Shown here in pieces: positions 39,601-52,180 of a DNA stretch of 64,000 nucleotides. The notes under the pieces are model-generated. The model was given only the letters and a program-made list of their open reading frames with translations. It was not told where the DNA came from and searched no databases. The position numbers and the translations under genes are program-made. The first letter of the stretch is position 1. Every line of letters begins with the position of its first letter. Source of the stretch: Anthoceros angustus (taxonomy: Eukaryota > Plantae > Anthocerotophyta); NCBI GenBank assembly GCA_010909165.1, contig MU008171.1:682001-746000 (forward strand). The letters run 5' to 3'.

Positions 39601-42134
39601 CCTCAGCCCTGGGAGCAGAAATCCTCGAGCTTCATCATCCTCTTCAGACCTTGGGCATTTGGCTGAGTCTTGGTAGACACTGATGCGGAGGAGCACGTGA
39701 CCAGTAGCAGTAAATTTGATAGCATTCCCTGACATTCATTCACCGGCTTCAGAAACAGGCCATCCTGACTCGGACCATGTAAAAAACAATCCCTCTGGTT
39801 GATAAATTGAAGTACCCAAGAGGTTAACAAGCACTTGTCGGAGTCGTCCAGGATCACCCTCCAAGATGTCTGGTACATCGTCGTCAACCAATGCCGCAAC
39901 TGGAAGGTAGAGTTTTCCATAGCAAATTTACTCCAAACAGCGAGGTGATCTATGTCCCAAAAAAAAAGGATCACATTCTGTGGCTAAGAGGATAGCAGCT
40001 CGCACCTTCCAACCTCGTCTCCCTCACTTTTGCCCGGAAGACATCCATTGCCTCCTCGACCAGCATTCGGATGTGAAATTCACTGTTGTCCAGGATCATG
40101 TGGCCAGATTGGATTTTAGCCAGATCCAGGACGTCATTGATGAGGGAAACCAAAGCAGCAGCACTTGAGTGGGCTGTCGTTGCGTATTCCAGCTGCTGCG
40201 TGTTTAACTTTGTCTCCAACAGCGAGACTAGCATTCCTGTCCAGATCCAAAACTGTCATGAAGAACCCTGTTCTTATCTGTAAAGGTGGTGTTTCTAAAA
40301 TCATGTGCTGAATGTAGAACAGGAGCAACCTGCACGAACTACGGGTTAGGAGGTGAGCAAGCTTTGCCACACACGTTACCAAGCACGCCATTCATAGGTG
40401 TCCGGATCTCATGAGAAACTGTCGTCAGGAAATTCGTCTTGGTGTGATTCGCCACCTCAGCCTCTGTCTTCAAAGCCTCCATCCTCGCATAGTTCTCTTC
40501 CAGTTTTTCCATTTGATTGCTAGCCGCCCACACAATGTAACCGACTAGTACCACTAAAACAGTGAACATCAATCCCCAGGACAAAGAGTACCAGCCCCAA
40601 CCAGAAAAGCTGCTTCCTAATCTGCATATACAGAGCATTACTTAACCTCAAGAAACGAACTAGCAAGAACGGTCATCTCCTCTCTACCACGGTTTCGACA
40701 GAGCAACAAGATTGCATGGGGAATCAACCTGCAGAGGGCAGTGTAATGTCGAAAGGGATCACCAAAATCCAAGGGAATGAGGCAAGTAGAATCCCCGACC
40801 TCCATGCTCGTATATCCAATGGCTTCTCCCTTGTTTGCACGGAGTGAGCTGCCAGCTTTGTAAAGGGGTATAGACTTTGAAAAGTCTGTGATGTCATACA
40901 CCTCGAAAAGGAAATCAATGCCTGCAACACAATGCAGTTGCTTAGACCATCGAGTGCCAGAAAGGCACTGAGTTGTAAATTCGAACACACAGCACATCGC
41001 GAATGTTTAAGTGCTTGCTCGACAAGAGAGTTACCGGGATTTTGGAGCTGCTGGAGGAGGTTGGCAACAAGTGCTTCAAAATCGAAAGCACACGTAACCG
41101 CACCCAGCAGAGATGCTTCTACGCTAGCCTTGTTAGCATTAGCATCTGGCTCGTGTTTAAAGACAGGGAAGAGAACAGCTGGATAAACAACATCTGACAG
41201 TGAGCATCTGCGTGAAGAACGTAAAAGCATTGCGAATCAGCGTGCGGTGCAGACTATGGTGCACATTTAGCACAAGAGTCAGGGTAGGGACGTACCAATT
41301 CCTGCATGCCCATCCAGTATCAAGGAGTAAGGCACTGTCATGACATCAGCATGGACCTGATAAATTCCCTCAAAGGCATCATAGTTTTCTGGCAACGAGA
41401 GCATGTCATAACCGATGAAAGGAGCTCCTGCCGTGTTGGAATACACGACAGCCAGGTAAAAAGGCTGTGTAGCCCGAGCTGCATCCGTCATGATGTCTTT
41501 GATAATCAGCCCCGTTGATGTTTCAAACGAAGGCCTGTAGAAACAAGGAGAACGTTGGTAGCGGGCCACACAGAAACCATGAACTCTCCACAGAACATCA
41601 GCAAGGCGGCAGGAGAAAATAGGCACCTGCCAGCTAGGCTGACATATTGTGCAAATGTGAGACTGAGAAGCAGCGGGTGAGCATAGCTTGTCTCATCAGA
41701 AAACCTTCGGAAGATGCTGGGAGTCAAGCTGTTGGTGGCATTGTAGCTCCCGAAGACCAGAACGAGCTCTGTGAACGTCTGGCAAACCACTTCCACTGCT
41801 GGATTAGGGTTGAGGAAGTGACGAGAGGCACGGCATCTGCTGAATTGTCCATGCACACCAGGTAAGCTCAAAGAAAATGTCACACCTTGGCTATGTTCTT
41901 GTTCACCACAACCTGATCCTCAAGCAAGCTAGCTCGCTCATCGCACCAGGACTGGAGGTCTCGTTTCTTGCTGCGCTCCAGAGATTGTTTACGGCTCCAC
42001 GCAATCAACGGCACCGCGATCACGCCCATGACGATCCAGGCTAGGAGAAACCTGTGCATCCAGCCTTTGCGCGCGCCGATGCTTCTCGATCTGGCCTTCC
42101 CTAACAGAGCTCTCAGATCTGCGGGCGTCCACAT
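36672..42134 (-). CDS. CHASE-domain hybrid histidine kinase (cytokinin-receptor family, AHK/CHK-like), multi-exon; start codon uncertain
   Basis: TM + CDERASLLEDQ, CHASE (GYDMLS, MTVPY, AFDFEALVANLLQQL, EVYDIT, LDFGDPFRHY), TM2, H-box NFLTTVSHEIRTPMNGVLG, GNAIKFT, EDTGTGI, GGTGIGLSI, receiver FDAVLMDIQMPEMDG and GMDGYITKP. Confidence 0.9.
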
Positions 42135-42823
42135 TATGAGAGCTGCGCATGACCATCGCTGCCCAGGAGCCTGTCTGCTGCTGCATGGCGGTTCCTGTGG
42201 CCTAGCTTCTTCTCCTCCCGCCACTTCCAGGAATAGCTGAAACAGCAGGTGTGTACAATTCTTGTGGCAAGTCTTGGATGTTCAGCAGGACAAACAAGGC
42301 TCCAGGAGTGATATGCAAGCGAGGCCTTGATAACGGTCAACTGTGGCAGTGAAGAGAGGAGGCCCAAGGCCGTGAATCCAATCTATCCACGTAACGGGCC
42401 GCTAACGGTTTCCTACAGTACAGCATGGTTAGACCCGCCTACAATTGACGTGCCGTCTGAGCAAGAAAGGCGAGATGGGTTTGTACTCTTAGACAAGCTA
42501 ACAGCAGGCATAACCACCTCTCCATCCTCTGCCATGCTTCAGGTTTCCGTTCTGAGCAACATTTCATTCTTGTTATCGTCATCAACACAAGCGTGGTGCC
42601 TGCATGTATGTGTGTACCTGGTCCAACACAGTCTTGAACACTTTATTTCTTTACAGACATTGATGCTGAAGATGGGTGGCCAGATTCCACACGAAATCAA
42701 TAGTACTACGTAGGACTGTTCCTGAAGGCAATCTAGAGAGCCACTTGAGGCTAGATAGTTGGGACAAACTTTCTAAATTCGGGTACCAGGTTGCAATTCA
42801 CCGAGCTGGGAACCTTGATGTGG

Positions 42824-45065
42824 TCACCAAATTTTGAGTTTGGTGGTGCTGGGCGCAGCCACAGAGGCAGCTTTGTATTCTGTGGGTAGGGTGCCGAACA
42901 CTCTGTCCCACATGGTCCAGGTCATAACACCAAAGCCTTCAGATTGCACCTTGAAGTGATGGTTGAGGTGGTATCTCTGCACGGTGTCACCCGAGAGTGA
43001 GCTTACATCTACAGCTGCATCGGGATCCCAACAAACAAGAGAGTCCAGAGCTCCACATGCACATACAGACCTTCATCTTGCGTGATACTTCATTGAATGC
43101 AGAGCCAAAGTGGAGGAAGTAGTGTGTGAGGTCATAGCAGACGTAGCCAAAGAGCGCCCCTCCAAGCCCGGCTGCACCGACTGCCGCTGGGATTCTCAAA
43201 GTTCGAATGATGCCCCAGAGCTGCAAGGATATCCAGGGGATCTCAAACCCAACAACTAAGCAGCGAGTGGTTGGTAACAACAAGGCTTGTCACAGTGCAG
43301 CTGTAAGCTGTTGGACTTGGTTGGAGGCACCTACCACACACAGGATGACAAGAGTAAAAGCCGGAGGAAACACCAGGCGAGACCCATCCATGGGGTGCTT
43401 GTGGTGGAATCCATGGATAACATAATGGAAGGTGTTCCACCTGCACAAACACATTACGTCCAGCTCAGTCTGAGACCAGTCGTCGATAGCTTGCGGCATC
43501 GACATCCTCGGCACATAACAGAGCAGGAAGCTTTTAGTGGTAAAAACTTTACCAGTGGGTGGAAGTGGAAACGTGAAAGACGAAGCGATGCAAAGAGTAC
43601 TCGAGCAGTGTCCAGAGGAAGAGGCCGAAGAGGAAGGTGGGTAAAAGAGCTGGCGTGGGCAGGCCGGCGTGGAGGGAAAACAGCGCCATGGAAATTACGA
43701 CTGGAATCCACACTAGAGGGACGGCCCACCATTTTGTCTGCGTGAAGAACTGCACTCAGGGACCCACCGACAGGTCAGTGAGGTACGTTGGACAGGACAA
43801 CGCCTCCATTCCTGCTTAATCTACGTAGTCTTGAGGAGCTAAATTGGTTGCATGAGTAGATAAGCTGGTTACCTCGAGATAGTCGCTTTCGAAGAAACGA
43901 GGGACCTCTTTCCCAATCACCGGATCGTGCACCCAGGCGTCATACCTGTCGCCCAAGTACCCCACCTACAATAGCAGACGCTGGTCAGAGTTAGGACGGC
44001 AACCAAATCAAAAGCGTTGGCCCAGCTTCGTGCCGGACTGTGACTTCAGGAATTGTGGACAGCGCCAGCCAGCCCATCCCTGCTGTGCAGCCTTTGATGT
44101 CCAGGCAGGCGTAATCGGCCATGGGTGTACCTGACACACGATAGGCTTGCTCAAATCCACTTGGAACACATCGCCCTCGCCCTGGTCCTGGCCCTGGCCC
44201 TGGCCTTCACCTTGCTTGCGCTGGTATCCCAGGCCTCCTGCGTCCTTGAGAAGTGACCTGTTCCAGCCCACATGTACAGGAATCGCGATTTCAGCTGCAG
44301 GCCTTCCTAAAGGACCCGAACGAAATGCTGCGGACCTGTGTAAGAGCAGCTGTACCTGTCTGAGTGTGCACGGGAATCGGGTGACCCACCGGGCCGCTCC
44401 TGTTGCACACGGCCTACGATAAACTGTTCCAGCATCCTGAAAGCTGCCTTGCTGTGCGAATGCAGCTCTTCCTCCGACTCCGGGCTGCCTCCATCGAGCT
44501 CCTTCCCTCTTGCCCCTCTCTTCCCTCTCATCAAATCTCCTGCATCCTTCCCCTGCAGACAATTCAAGATCACCTGCACCGCACCGAGCACCGAGCACCG
44601 AGCACCGACTCAGAAGTCAGAACCTCCGACCCTCCAGAAAAAATATATATATACACCTGCCCTGTCCTAAACTTTTCATCATCCGCAGCAATCGCCTGCT
44701 CTCACATGGTAACCTCCGGGATGCGTCTCCAGGAACATGGTGACGTCGTAGACCTTGCCATCGACCACTATCCAGGCGTCGTCCGCGGTGCAGTGCTGCT
44801 CTATCTCCGCCAGGCTCACCACTCGCACGCCGCCCTTCCCTTCCTTGCCAGCGTCCCCCGCAACAGCAACAGCAACAGCAGCAGCAGCATCACCACCACC
44901 ACCTCCTTCCAATGCCGACGCAGCCTCCTGAGGTGCTCCCGCCTTCCCGCCGCCTTGCTGCAGCAGGCGGCCATTGGCATTGACAGCATTGGCAGCGGAT
45001 GCCGATTGCGGCGCCAGCGCCACGGTGATACCGCCCACAATGCTGGCACTAGCGCAGGGGGCCAT
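42824..45065 (-). CDS. FAH: Sphingolipid fatty acid 2-hydroxylase with fused N-terminal cytochrome b5 domain, multi-exon
   Basis: b5: DAWIVVDGKVYDVTMFLETHPGG...HSHSKAA. Hydroxylase His boxes: LLEYSLHRFVFH, IHGFHHKHPMD, YDLTHYFLH, YHLNHHFK; also WDRVFGT. Confidence 0.92.
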
Positions 45066-46691
45066 GCCTACCCAAACAGCTGCCTAGCTAGCGCTAGCGA
45101 AGAGATCCTGTCAGAGGGTCAGAGAAAAGCAGCGGAGCCGATCGGAGCTCGCTGCAAGGCCGGTCCTTTCCTAGTTCCGAGCTTTCAGGCGGGGAGGGGG
45201 CTGGCCGCAGCTGGAGCCTGGGCCCGTGGTGGCAGAGGCCGCTCCACGCAGAGCCCTCCTAGGTAGACAGCCTCTACACTCCCCGGAAGGCGCGCAATTG
45301 CAAGGAGAGAGAAATGAAATCGTCTCGCCTCGTCCCTACGGCCTGCAGCAGCAATGAATTCGCACGACTGCACGGACCTGGCTGCGGGCCCGAGCCTGCT
45401 CCTACACGCCGCAGATTGACCAGACCGTCCTCGCCCAGCTGCTGTCTCCCTTATTGCCGTGGAAGCAGGCACAGCAGCGGCTGGTAGAAGGAAAGCCTGG
45501 AGCTGGAGCTGGAGCTGGAGCTGAGCTTCACGCAGCTTTACTTCAGTCGTGACTCTGGCACTGAGATCATAAAATCACGCTCGCATTGAAGAGAGGCAAA
45601 GTGGCGCGGGCGCTATTATACCTCTCAACCCACCTGGTTGCCCTCCTCGGGCTCGAACCTCGACCGCGGGTCAAGCAGCCGGGCTGGCTGCCTGCCTTTG
45701 ACATTACTATTACATACTATGTAGCATCTCGGCGTACACACACATCTCCACACACCGTCGCCACGGCTGCGACATCGCGCTTGGCCCTGCGTACAGGAAC
45801 TGTACGCTTCTCTGGGTTCGGGGAGTTCGATCGGGTCCTCCTGGTCCGGGATAACGACCTCACATGGCGTTGTCAGGTACCGATCGTATGCCCGCCAGAA
45901 GCCCAGCCCAACCCAACGTTCTTACCTGCACCCAGGCCGCTGCTGGCTGTGCAGTGTGCTGTGTGCAGTGTGCTGTGTGCAGTGTGCAGTGTGGGCACAA
46001 GCCGGACTCGGCCGCCGGTAGCCACCGATTCACACACCTGCTTGCAGGGTCGCGCATTGTAGGTAAGATAGATCATCAACTGCTTCTGTTCTGTTGTTAT
46101 GGGTGGATCGACTCCATCAGAAAGCCTTGACTCCTGTGGATCCATCATGTCCATGGCTCCCCATATCGATGCAGTGGCACCATCACGTAAAGGTCCGCGG
46201 CTGCCGTGTCCTCACCTCTTCCAGTCCTCCAGTCCTGCAACCGCGTGTTCTGCAAGCAGCAATCAGCAAGCAGCACGCTTAGCGTCCCCGGAGGCAGCCT
46301 ATCTCGAGTGCCTCCACTGTTGCATTAAATTAGCGTAATAAGTAGCTGCACCTACTACCTCCTCGTTCCATCAAAAGCCACCCACCTCTCCCCGCTTTTC
46401 CAACCGCCCCGGCTGGGCTGCTCCCCCGCTTCCGTGAAACGCGCATCACCTCCACCACCCAAGGGACGAAATGTATTTGAACCCCGTCCTGGAAGTGGAA
46501 CAGCGAAACCCGGGACTTGTGAGCCTGTTGCTTCCTTCAATCCTTCAGGCCGTCCGCGGAGGACTGGCTGTGAAGAAACACATCGTCTTTACTGCTCGGA
46601 TGAATGCGTGGATGTCGGTTTGAGCTCATGAACGACAATTTACGGTCTTTCAAGGGTTACAAACGGGGACATGTTGAGTGCATGCTCACAG

Positions 46692-48669
46692 CTAACCATG
46701 AGCGATGGATGCCACCCACTTTGTGAGCTCTTCGTTCACCCGCTCAGGCGCTTCGTCGTGAGGACAGTGGCCTGCAGTCAGACGAACCAGGGTTGCCGAA
46801 GGATAGAGTTCCACGATTTTGTCCGCTTTCGCTGGCCCCATCCAGGGGTCCAGCTCCCCCCACAGCAGCAAGAGTGGAACCGACAGCTGTGACAGCAGCT
46901 TGTTGAGGCTCAGGTCTGATGGCTTCAGCAGTACCTGAGTCATGAGCCTGAATATAACACCATCGCAATGCCCACCGGTCAGTTACTTGACATCTCTGCC
47001 TTATACGCTACAGTGGAATCCACATGTATGTCATTATGCTTACGCGCAGGAACAACTTCTGTGTTTGTTTATTTATGCACAGCAGTTTCAGCAGGATGGA
47101 TTGAAGTTGAATTGGCACTAAAAGAAACTGCTTGCGCACACAAGTTAGACCACTTTGCCCTAACCGACCTGTAGTAGACTTCGAAGGCATTTGGGTCCTG
47201 AGCTGGTTGCACGATGGATTGCACCAGATACTCGTCCACATTCGACTGATCCTTGTACACCTGCGTGGTTGGATAACGTCACACCCGACAACACAAAAAT
47301 GATCAGTTGCAAGCTGGAATGGCCACCAGATCTGCACCAGCTCCACGTTCTTCAAGACTCTGACTTACATTGTTCAGGACAGAGCGGATGCGAGATGGTT
47401 GTTTGGCTTGCCAGAATGCAAACCAGATCAGCCATTTTCTGGCAACAGTCTTGACTGGAGTAATGACGAGGCGCTGAACAGCAGTCTCCTCAACCACTGC
47501 CTGCTTCTTCTCCTCGCCTGGAGTTTCGAATTGGCCAGAAGCATTCACAAGTACCAACCCAGATGTAAGATCTGGACGATTAGCAGCAGCTAGTAGTACA
47601 GTGAAACCTCCAACACTGGACCATGCACGGTGTCAGAAGCTTGCTTATGAATTCCACCAGAACTTGGAATATGAAAAATCCACTCCAGCGTGTGAAAACA
47701 GTTGCACACAGGGGAGGGGACTGACTGGCACAACTTCCGACCTGTTTCCAACCAGAGTAGCTGGCCCACCTACGACCTCCTCTACAAAATCGTTCACTTG
47801 GTCCCTCCACACGAGTGCGCTGTAATCCACAAGGGCCTTATCTGACCACCCAAACCCTAACAAATCCATCGCATACACCTTGTGCGACTTTGCTAGCTCG
47901 GGAATGTTATATCTGCACCAAACAGTCACCTACCCCCTCTCAGCAAGTCTTTGACTGAATCATCCAGGAGGAAAGAAAGGCAGTACCTCCAGTGAAATGC
48001 CGAGGCCCCGAAACCGTGAATCAGCACGATGGGAGACCCCTCCCCTTCAACAACGTAGTGCACCTTATGCCCTCGCCAGTTCCAGAAATTGTACCCGTCT
48101 TCCTTGAACGGAAGCTTCTCAATTCCTTCCCAAGTGCCCAGCTCCAGAACGACATGTCAAGCGACCACATTTTCCTCACAGCCAACAGGTGCAACAATGA
48201 GCAGCAGAGGTCCATCAGGACTAATGAGCAACACCTGTACTTGCCGTTGCCATCTCCTCGCTGGAAGAAGTATCAAGCAAAGCTGAGGAGCATGCCACCA
48301 AACCCGCAGCAACACCCGCGTGCACCACTTGCCGCCTTGGTACTTTCAACTCGCCTACAACACTCCCAATATACTCACATTCCCATTCGAAGTAGAACGC
48401 CAATTCATCCAAACAAAATTTCCCCCGACAACACTCAGTCTGGATGCAGTTAAAGCAGCAATTTATCAACAATCTTGCTGAAAGTCCGCACCCGAGAGAG
48501 AAAGAAACCCCCGAGGCCTCCCGCGTCTGAGCTCCCCGGCTCCAATTCCTCGGGAACCCCCCCAATTCAGCCCTGCAACCGCCAGCTGCCGCTGCTGCAA
48601 AGACGGCCCAATTATTGCACGACATACCTCCACCCCCAGCCGACCCGCTTGCTGACCCACAGCCTCCAT
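46692..48669 (-). CDS. Alpha/beta-fold hydrolase (pheophytinase-like, probably plastid), multi-exon
   Basis: VLIHGFGASAFHW|RYNIPELAKSHKVYAMDLLGFGWSDKA, LVGNS nucleophile motif, LLLWGELDPW, AGHCPHDEAPERVN. Confidence 0.9.
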
Positions 48670-48844
48670 CGCGGTGTCGATCGTGGAAAGCCTGCTCCCA
48701 GCAGATGCCGCCTCCAACGCCAAACAGAACAAGATATCCCCGCTCAGCAGCAAGCCATAAAACGGCCTCCATCTCTGAAAACGGGAACTCGGCGGCCAGG
48801 ACGTATAATCAGGTGGCTTCGCGGCCGTGCGTAGCCTGTGGCTC

Positions 48845-48955
48845 AGATTGGTTCTTGATGGAAGGCCATGGCCGCTTGCATACGTGGCGACCTCACCCAA
48901 TGGCACGTGTACGAACCAAGTGTACAATCATAAAGTCGACGATATCACGTGCCGA
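48845..48955. promoter_or_regulatory. G-box/ABRE cluster in a short bidirectional promoter
   Basis: TACGTGGC at 48881, CACGTG at 48904 and 48946, CCAAT-type motifs at ~48847 and ~48897. Lies between head-to-head ATGs at 48669 and 49084. Confidence 0.5.
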
Positions 48956-49083
48956 GATGTGGGGCCCCCCTCCGTAGCAATTGGACTGGAACTGGGAGGA
49001 GGCCGGAGCTGCGAGAGAGCTTGGGACGAGGCTGGCTTGGTTTGGCTGTTTGGGGAGCGGCAGGATTCGCGTTGTGGGGAGGT

Positions 49084-52000
49084 ATGGAAGCCCTAGGAGG
49101 ATCGTCGGCGCTCTTGTCCTTCAATCGCTCCAGGCTCAACGAACACAATGAGAGGAAACGGGAGATGAATGCGAGTGGATTCGCATCGCCTTGCCATGTT
49201 GATGGACGCGGGTGTGGAACAGGTGCTGCATTGGCCGGGCAGGCGAGGCTGGCTGGGCTGCGGCGGAGGAGCATTTCTGGCCTGGGGATGCGGCCTGGGC
49301 GCCGGCTGAGGGGGCGGAATATGATGCCTGCGTTTTGCAGGGCGTCCGGGGCAGATAGGGAGGTCCTTGCAGGGCAATTGGGGCAGTGGTTGCAGGACAA
49401 TGGATTTCCAGATCAGGTGCGTGGTATAATGGTGATTCTGTAGGTTTTGTTTGTGGAGTAGAGTTGGACTGACGAATTTGCGCGCTTTTAGGCCGTGACG
49501 CTGAAGGATTTTGGGGATGAAGGTCTGGGCTGTGCCACCAAAGTGCCGCTCAAGGTATTGGAATGCGTTTGCGGGGGTGAGACAGGGGCTGGTTCGGAAT
49601 GTGGCTTACGGTTTCTGTTGTTGCGATAAAACTGCAGCCTGGTGATGTCGCTTTGAGAGTGCCTGAAAAGTACACAGTGACAAGTGTGGATGTTGCTGCT
49701 CACCCTGTGATTGCAAGCCTTGCGGCAGGTATGTCCTCTGTTTCGTAAGTTGGGGTGGTGATGGTTACGGTTTTGATTGCGGCTAAGCTGTGGATATGGG
49801 GAGAACGTGTACTGGCTTACGCTTGTTTTCGACCTGGCAGGACGAGGAGATTTAATTGGTCTCACCTTGTGGTGCATGTATGAAAGGTATCAAGCACAGA
49901 GGTCTTCATGGTACCCGTTCCTTAGTGTGTTTCCTGAGAGCACTCTGAGCCCTTTGTTATGGACACCGGAAGAAAGGCAAACGCTTCTGGCAGGATCTCC
50001 GGTTCTGGGTACAGTACCGCACTTTTTCAGCCTCCACTACGGTGCTCGCATGGTCATGGCTTCCGTTATGCCTGCATGAGTGGTTGACGTCTCTGTCTTG
50101 TTACTCCCACCTTATAGATGTAGGTCGGTGCATCGTAGCACCGTCATGAGTCTCAACAAGTTCCCTTCGACCCTGCAGATGCTCGCAAGTGATTTTGTGT
50201 AGCGTTGGGCGTTGTGTTGCTAGTGACAAGCGTAGTGAATGTTGGGTCCTTGAAATTTCCAGAGGAGGTTAAGCAGCGCCTAGATGATCTGGAAGGGGCA
50301 TACGCTGAACTAAGGGACACTTTTGAGAAGGACCCTGAGGTACGGTTCAACCATGTGCACCTGATCAAACGTGTCCCGTTGGTCTCGTCTATGCAGCATT
50401 TATTTGGTCTTGATTGCTTGCTGATAAGGTTTGCCATTGTGTCTGATGCATGTCACAGGTTTTTCCTGACTCGCATTTCTCACTGGAAGCTTTTAAGCTT
50501 GCCTTCTCGATTGTTCTGTCTCGTGCCATTTATCTTCCCACGGTGGATGTCTTCGCTTTGGTACACGGCCATGAACTTTGTGTGTCTGTAGTGGAACTCA
50601 ATTTTTGAAACGGAGACTGGAACCGTAACTCACGATCCATGCACCAGGTTCCTTATGCAGATGCTGTAAATCACAGAGGCGATTGCAATGCTTACCTAGA
50701 TTTCAGCATTGAAGACCAAGCTGTAAGCTCAGAGAATCACCTTGTCTCTCCTCATTTAACACGTGTCAGCTATCAGACCCTAATGGTGGATGATGATCAG
50801 CTATTCAGGCTTTTTTATGACATCACTGTTGCACTGGCAGGTGGTCCTGAAGGTTGATCGCAGCTACAAAGTGGGAGAACAGGTGTTCGTGACATATGGA
50901 TCAAACAGACCGAACTCAGATATTTTGATAAGGTGCTCCTGAGTTCATTATAGTTAGCCGTGACATTAATTTAGCTGCCAGGTATAGCTCTGCTATGGAG
51001 TGGTGACCCCGTAATGTGGAAGTATTTTGGAGCACCTTGTTGAGGTGATCCCCATGTTGTCTTCCCAGTTATGGTTTTGTGGATGAAGCAAACAACAACG
51101 ACTATGTGGAACTTGAGGTGTGCTCTAGGTTTTGGAGAATTTGGTGAGATTTCTTTTAGAGTCTGGAGTCTCTGCCCACTCGTGACATGTTGGAAACTGT
51201 CGTGTGTTTTCAGGTGGGATTAATTGCAGCCGATGGCTTGAGGCCTTTGAAACAGCAAATAGTGGATGCTGCTGGCTTAGGTGTGACTCAAAAGTTTCCG
51301 CTGTTTACCAACAGATTCCCAACACAGGTCAATGCCAGTACATTTGCTGCAGAACCAAAGATTTGTGTCTCCTAGATGGGAATTCTGACGTGGTGCCTTC
51401 GTTCCACATGGCTTTTGACAGTTGTTAACTTATATGAGGCTTGTGAGGGTGCAAGATCCTGCCCTTTTTGCGAAAATAAATTTCGAGAAGGATATCATTC
51501 TCGATCAGGTATCTCAACTAGTCGGTCAAGCTTGTTTGCCCTTGAAGTGCATTCGTGGTTTGGTATGCAAGTGTAACACCTGATAAAGAGCTGGGGCTTC
51601 TCAAGGCAAATGAGTATGAAGTGCTGATGCTTCTGATGGGAGAATGTCGCACGAGGCTTGCTAGTTATCAAGGAGGCATTGATGAGGAAATTCGTCTTCT
51701 GAAAGAGGTATAGTCCAGTGTTTCTCATTGTAGAGAATTTGGGTAAGGTCTCACTCGCCATTGGCGGATGTGAGATATTCTGTCATTTGTGTCCCGACAG
51801 AAACTCTCTCCGAAACAAAGAGTGGCTGCTCAGTTACGCTTAGCAGAACAGAGAATATACAGCAACACCATGGGAGCGCTTCGAAACAGACTGGCACCTA
51901 TTAGAGGAATACCAACCAAAGGAGGAGGCTTGAAGGTGAAGCTCATGGCTGTTCTCTCAAAGCTCCATTCGACGCTATGTCTGAGTTGCTGCTCTCTTGT

Positions 52001-52145
52001 CGTACAGTTTGCGGAGTGGTTTGACCCTTTTGCGGTGCCGCCATGGGTGCAGGACCCCAACTCTGATATCAAGGAGATGTTTGACATGGTGGAGCAGGTT
52101 GCTTCAGCACCAGCGAAGCTCTTTTCAAAACTATTCCAGAAGTAA
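49084..52145 (+). CDS. SET-domain Rubisco-LSMT-like protein lysine methyltransferase (plastid-targeted), multi-exon
   Basis: DFGDEGLGCAT, SSWYPFLSVFP...PLLWTPEE, LVPYADAVNH, GEQVFVTYG...NSDILISYGFVDEAN, LRLAEQRI. Confidence 0.88.
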
Positions 52146-52180
52146 GAAGCTGTTCGGAGCTAAGACATTGGCAAAGTTCG

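Noticed and set aside
45586-46631. Possible small gene between FAH and the alpha/beta hydrolase
   Set aside because: No consistent splice model or recognisable motif.
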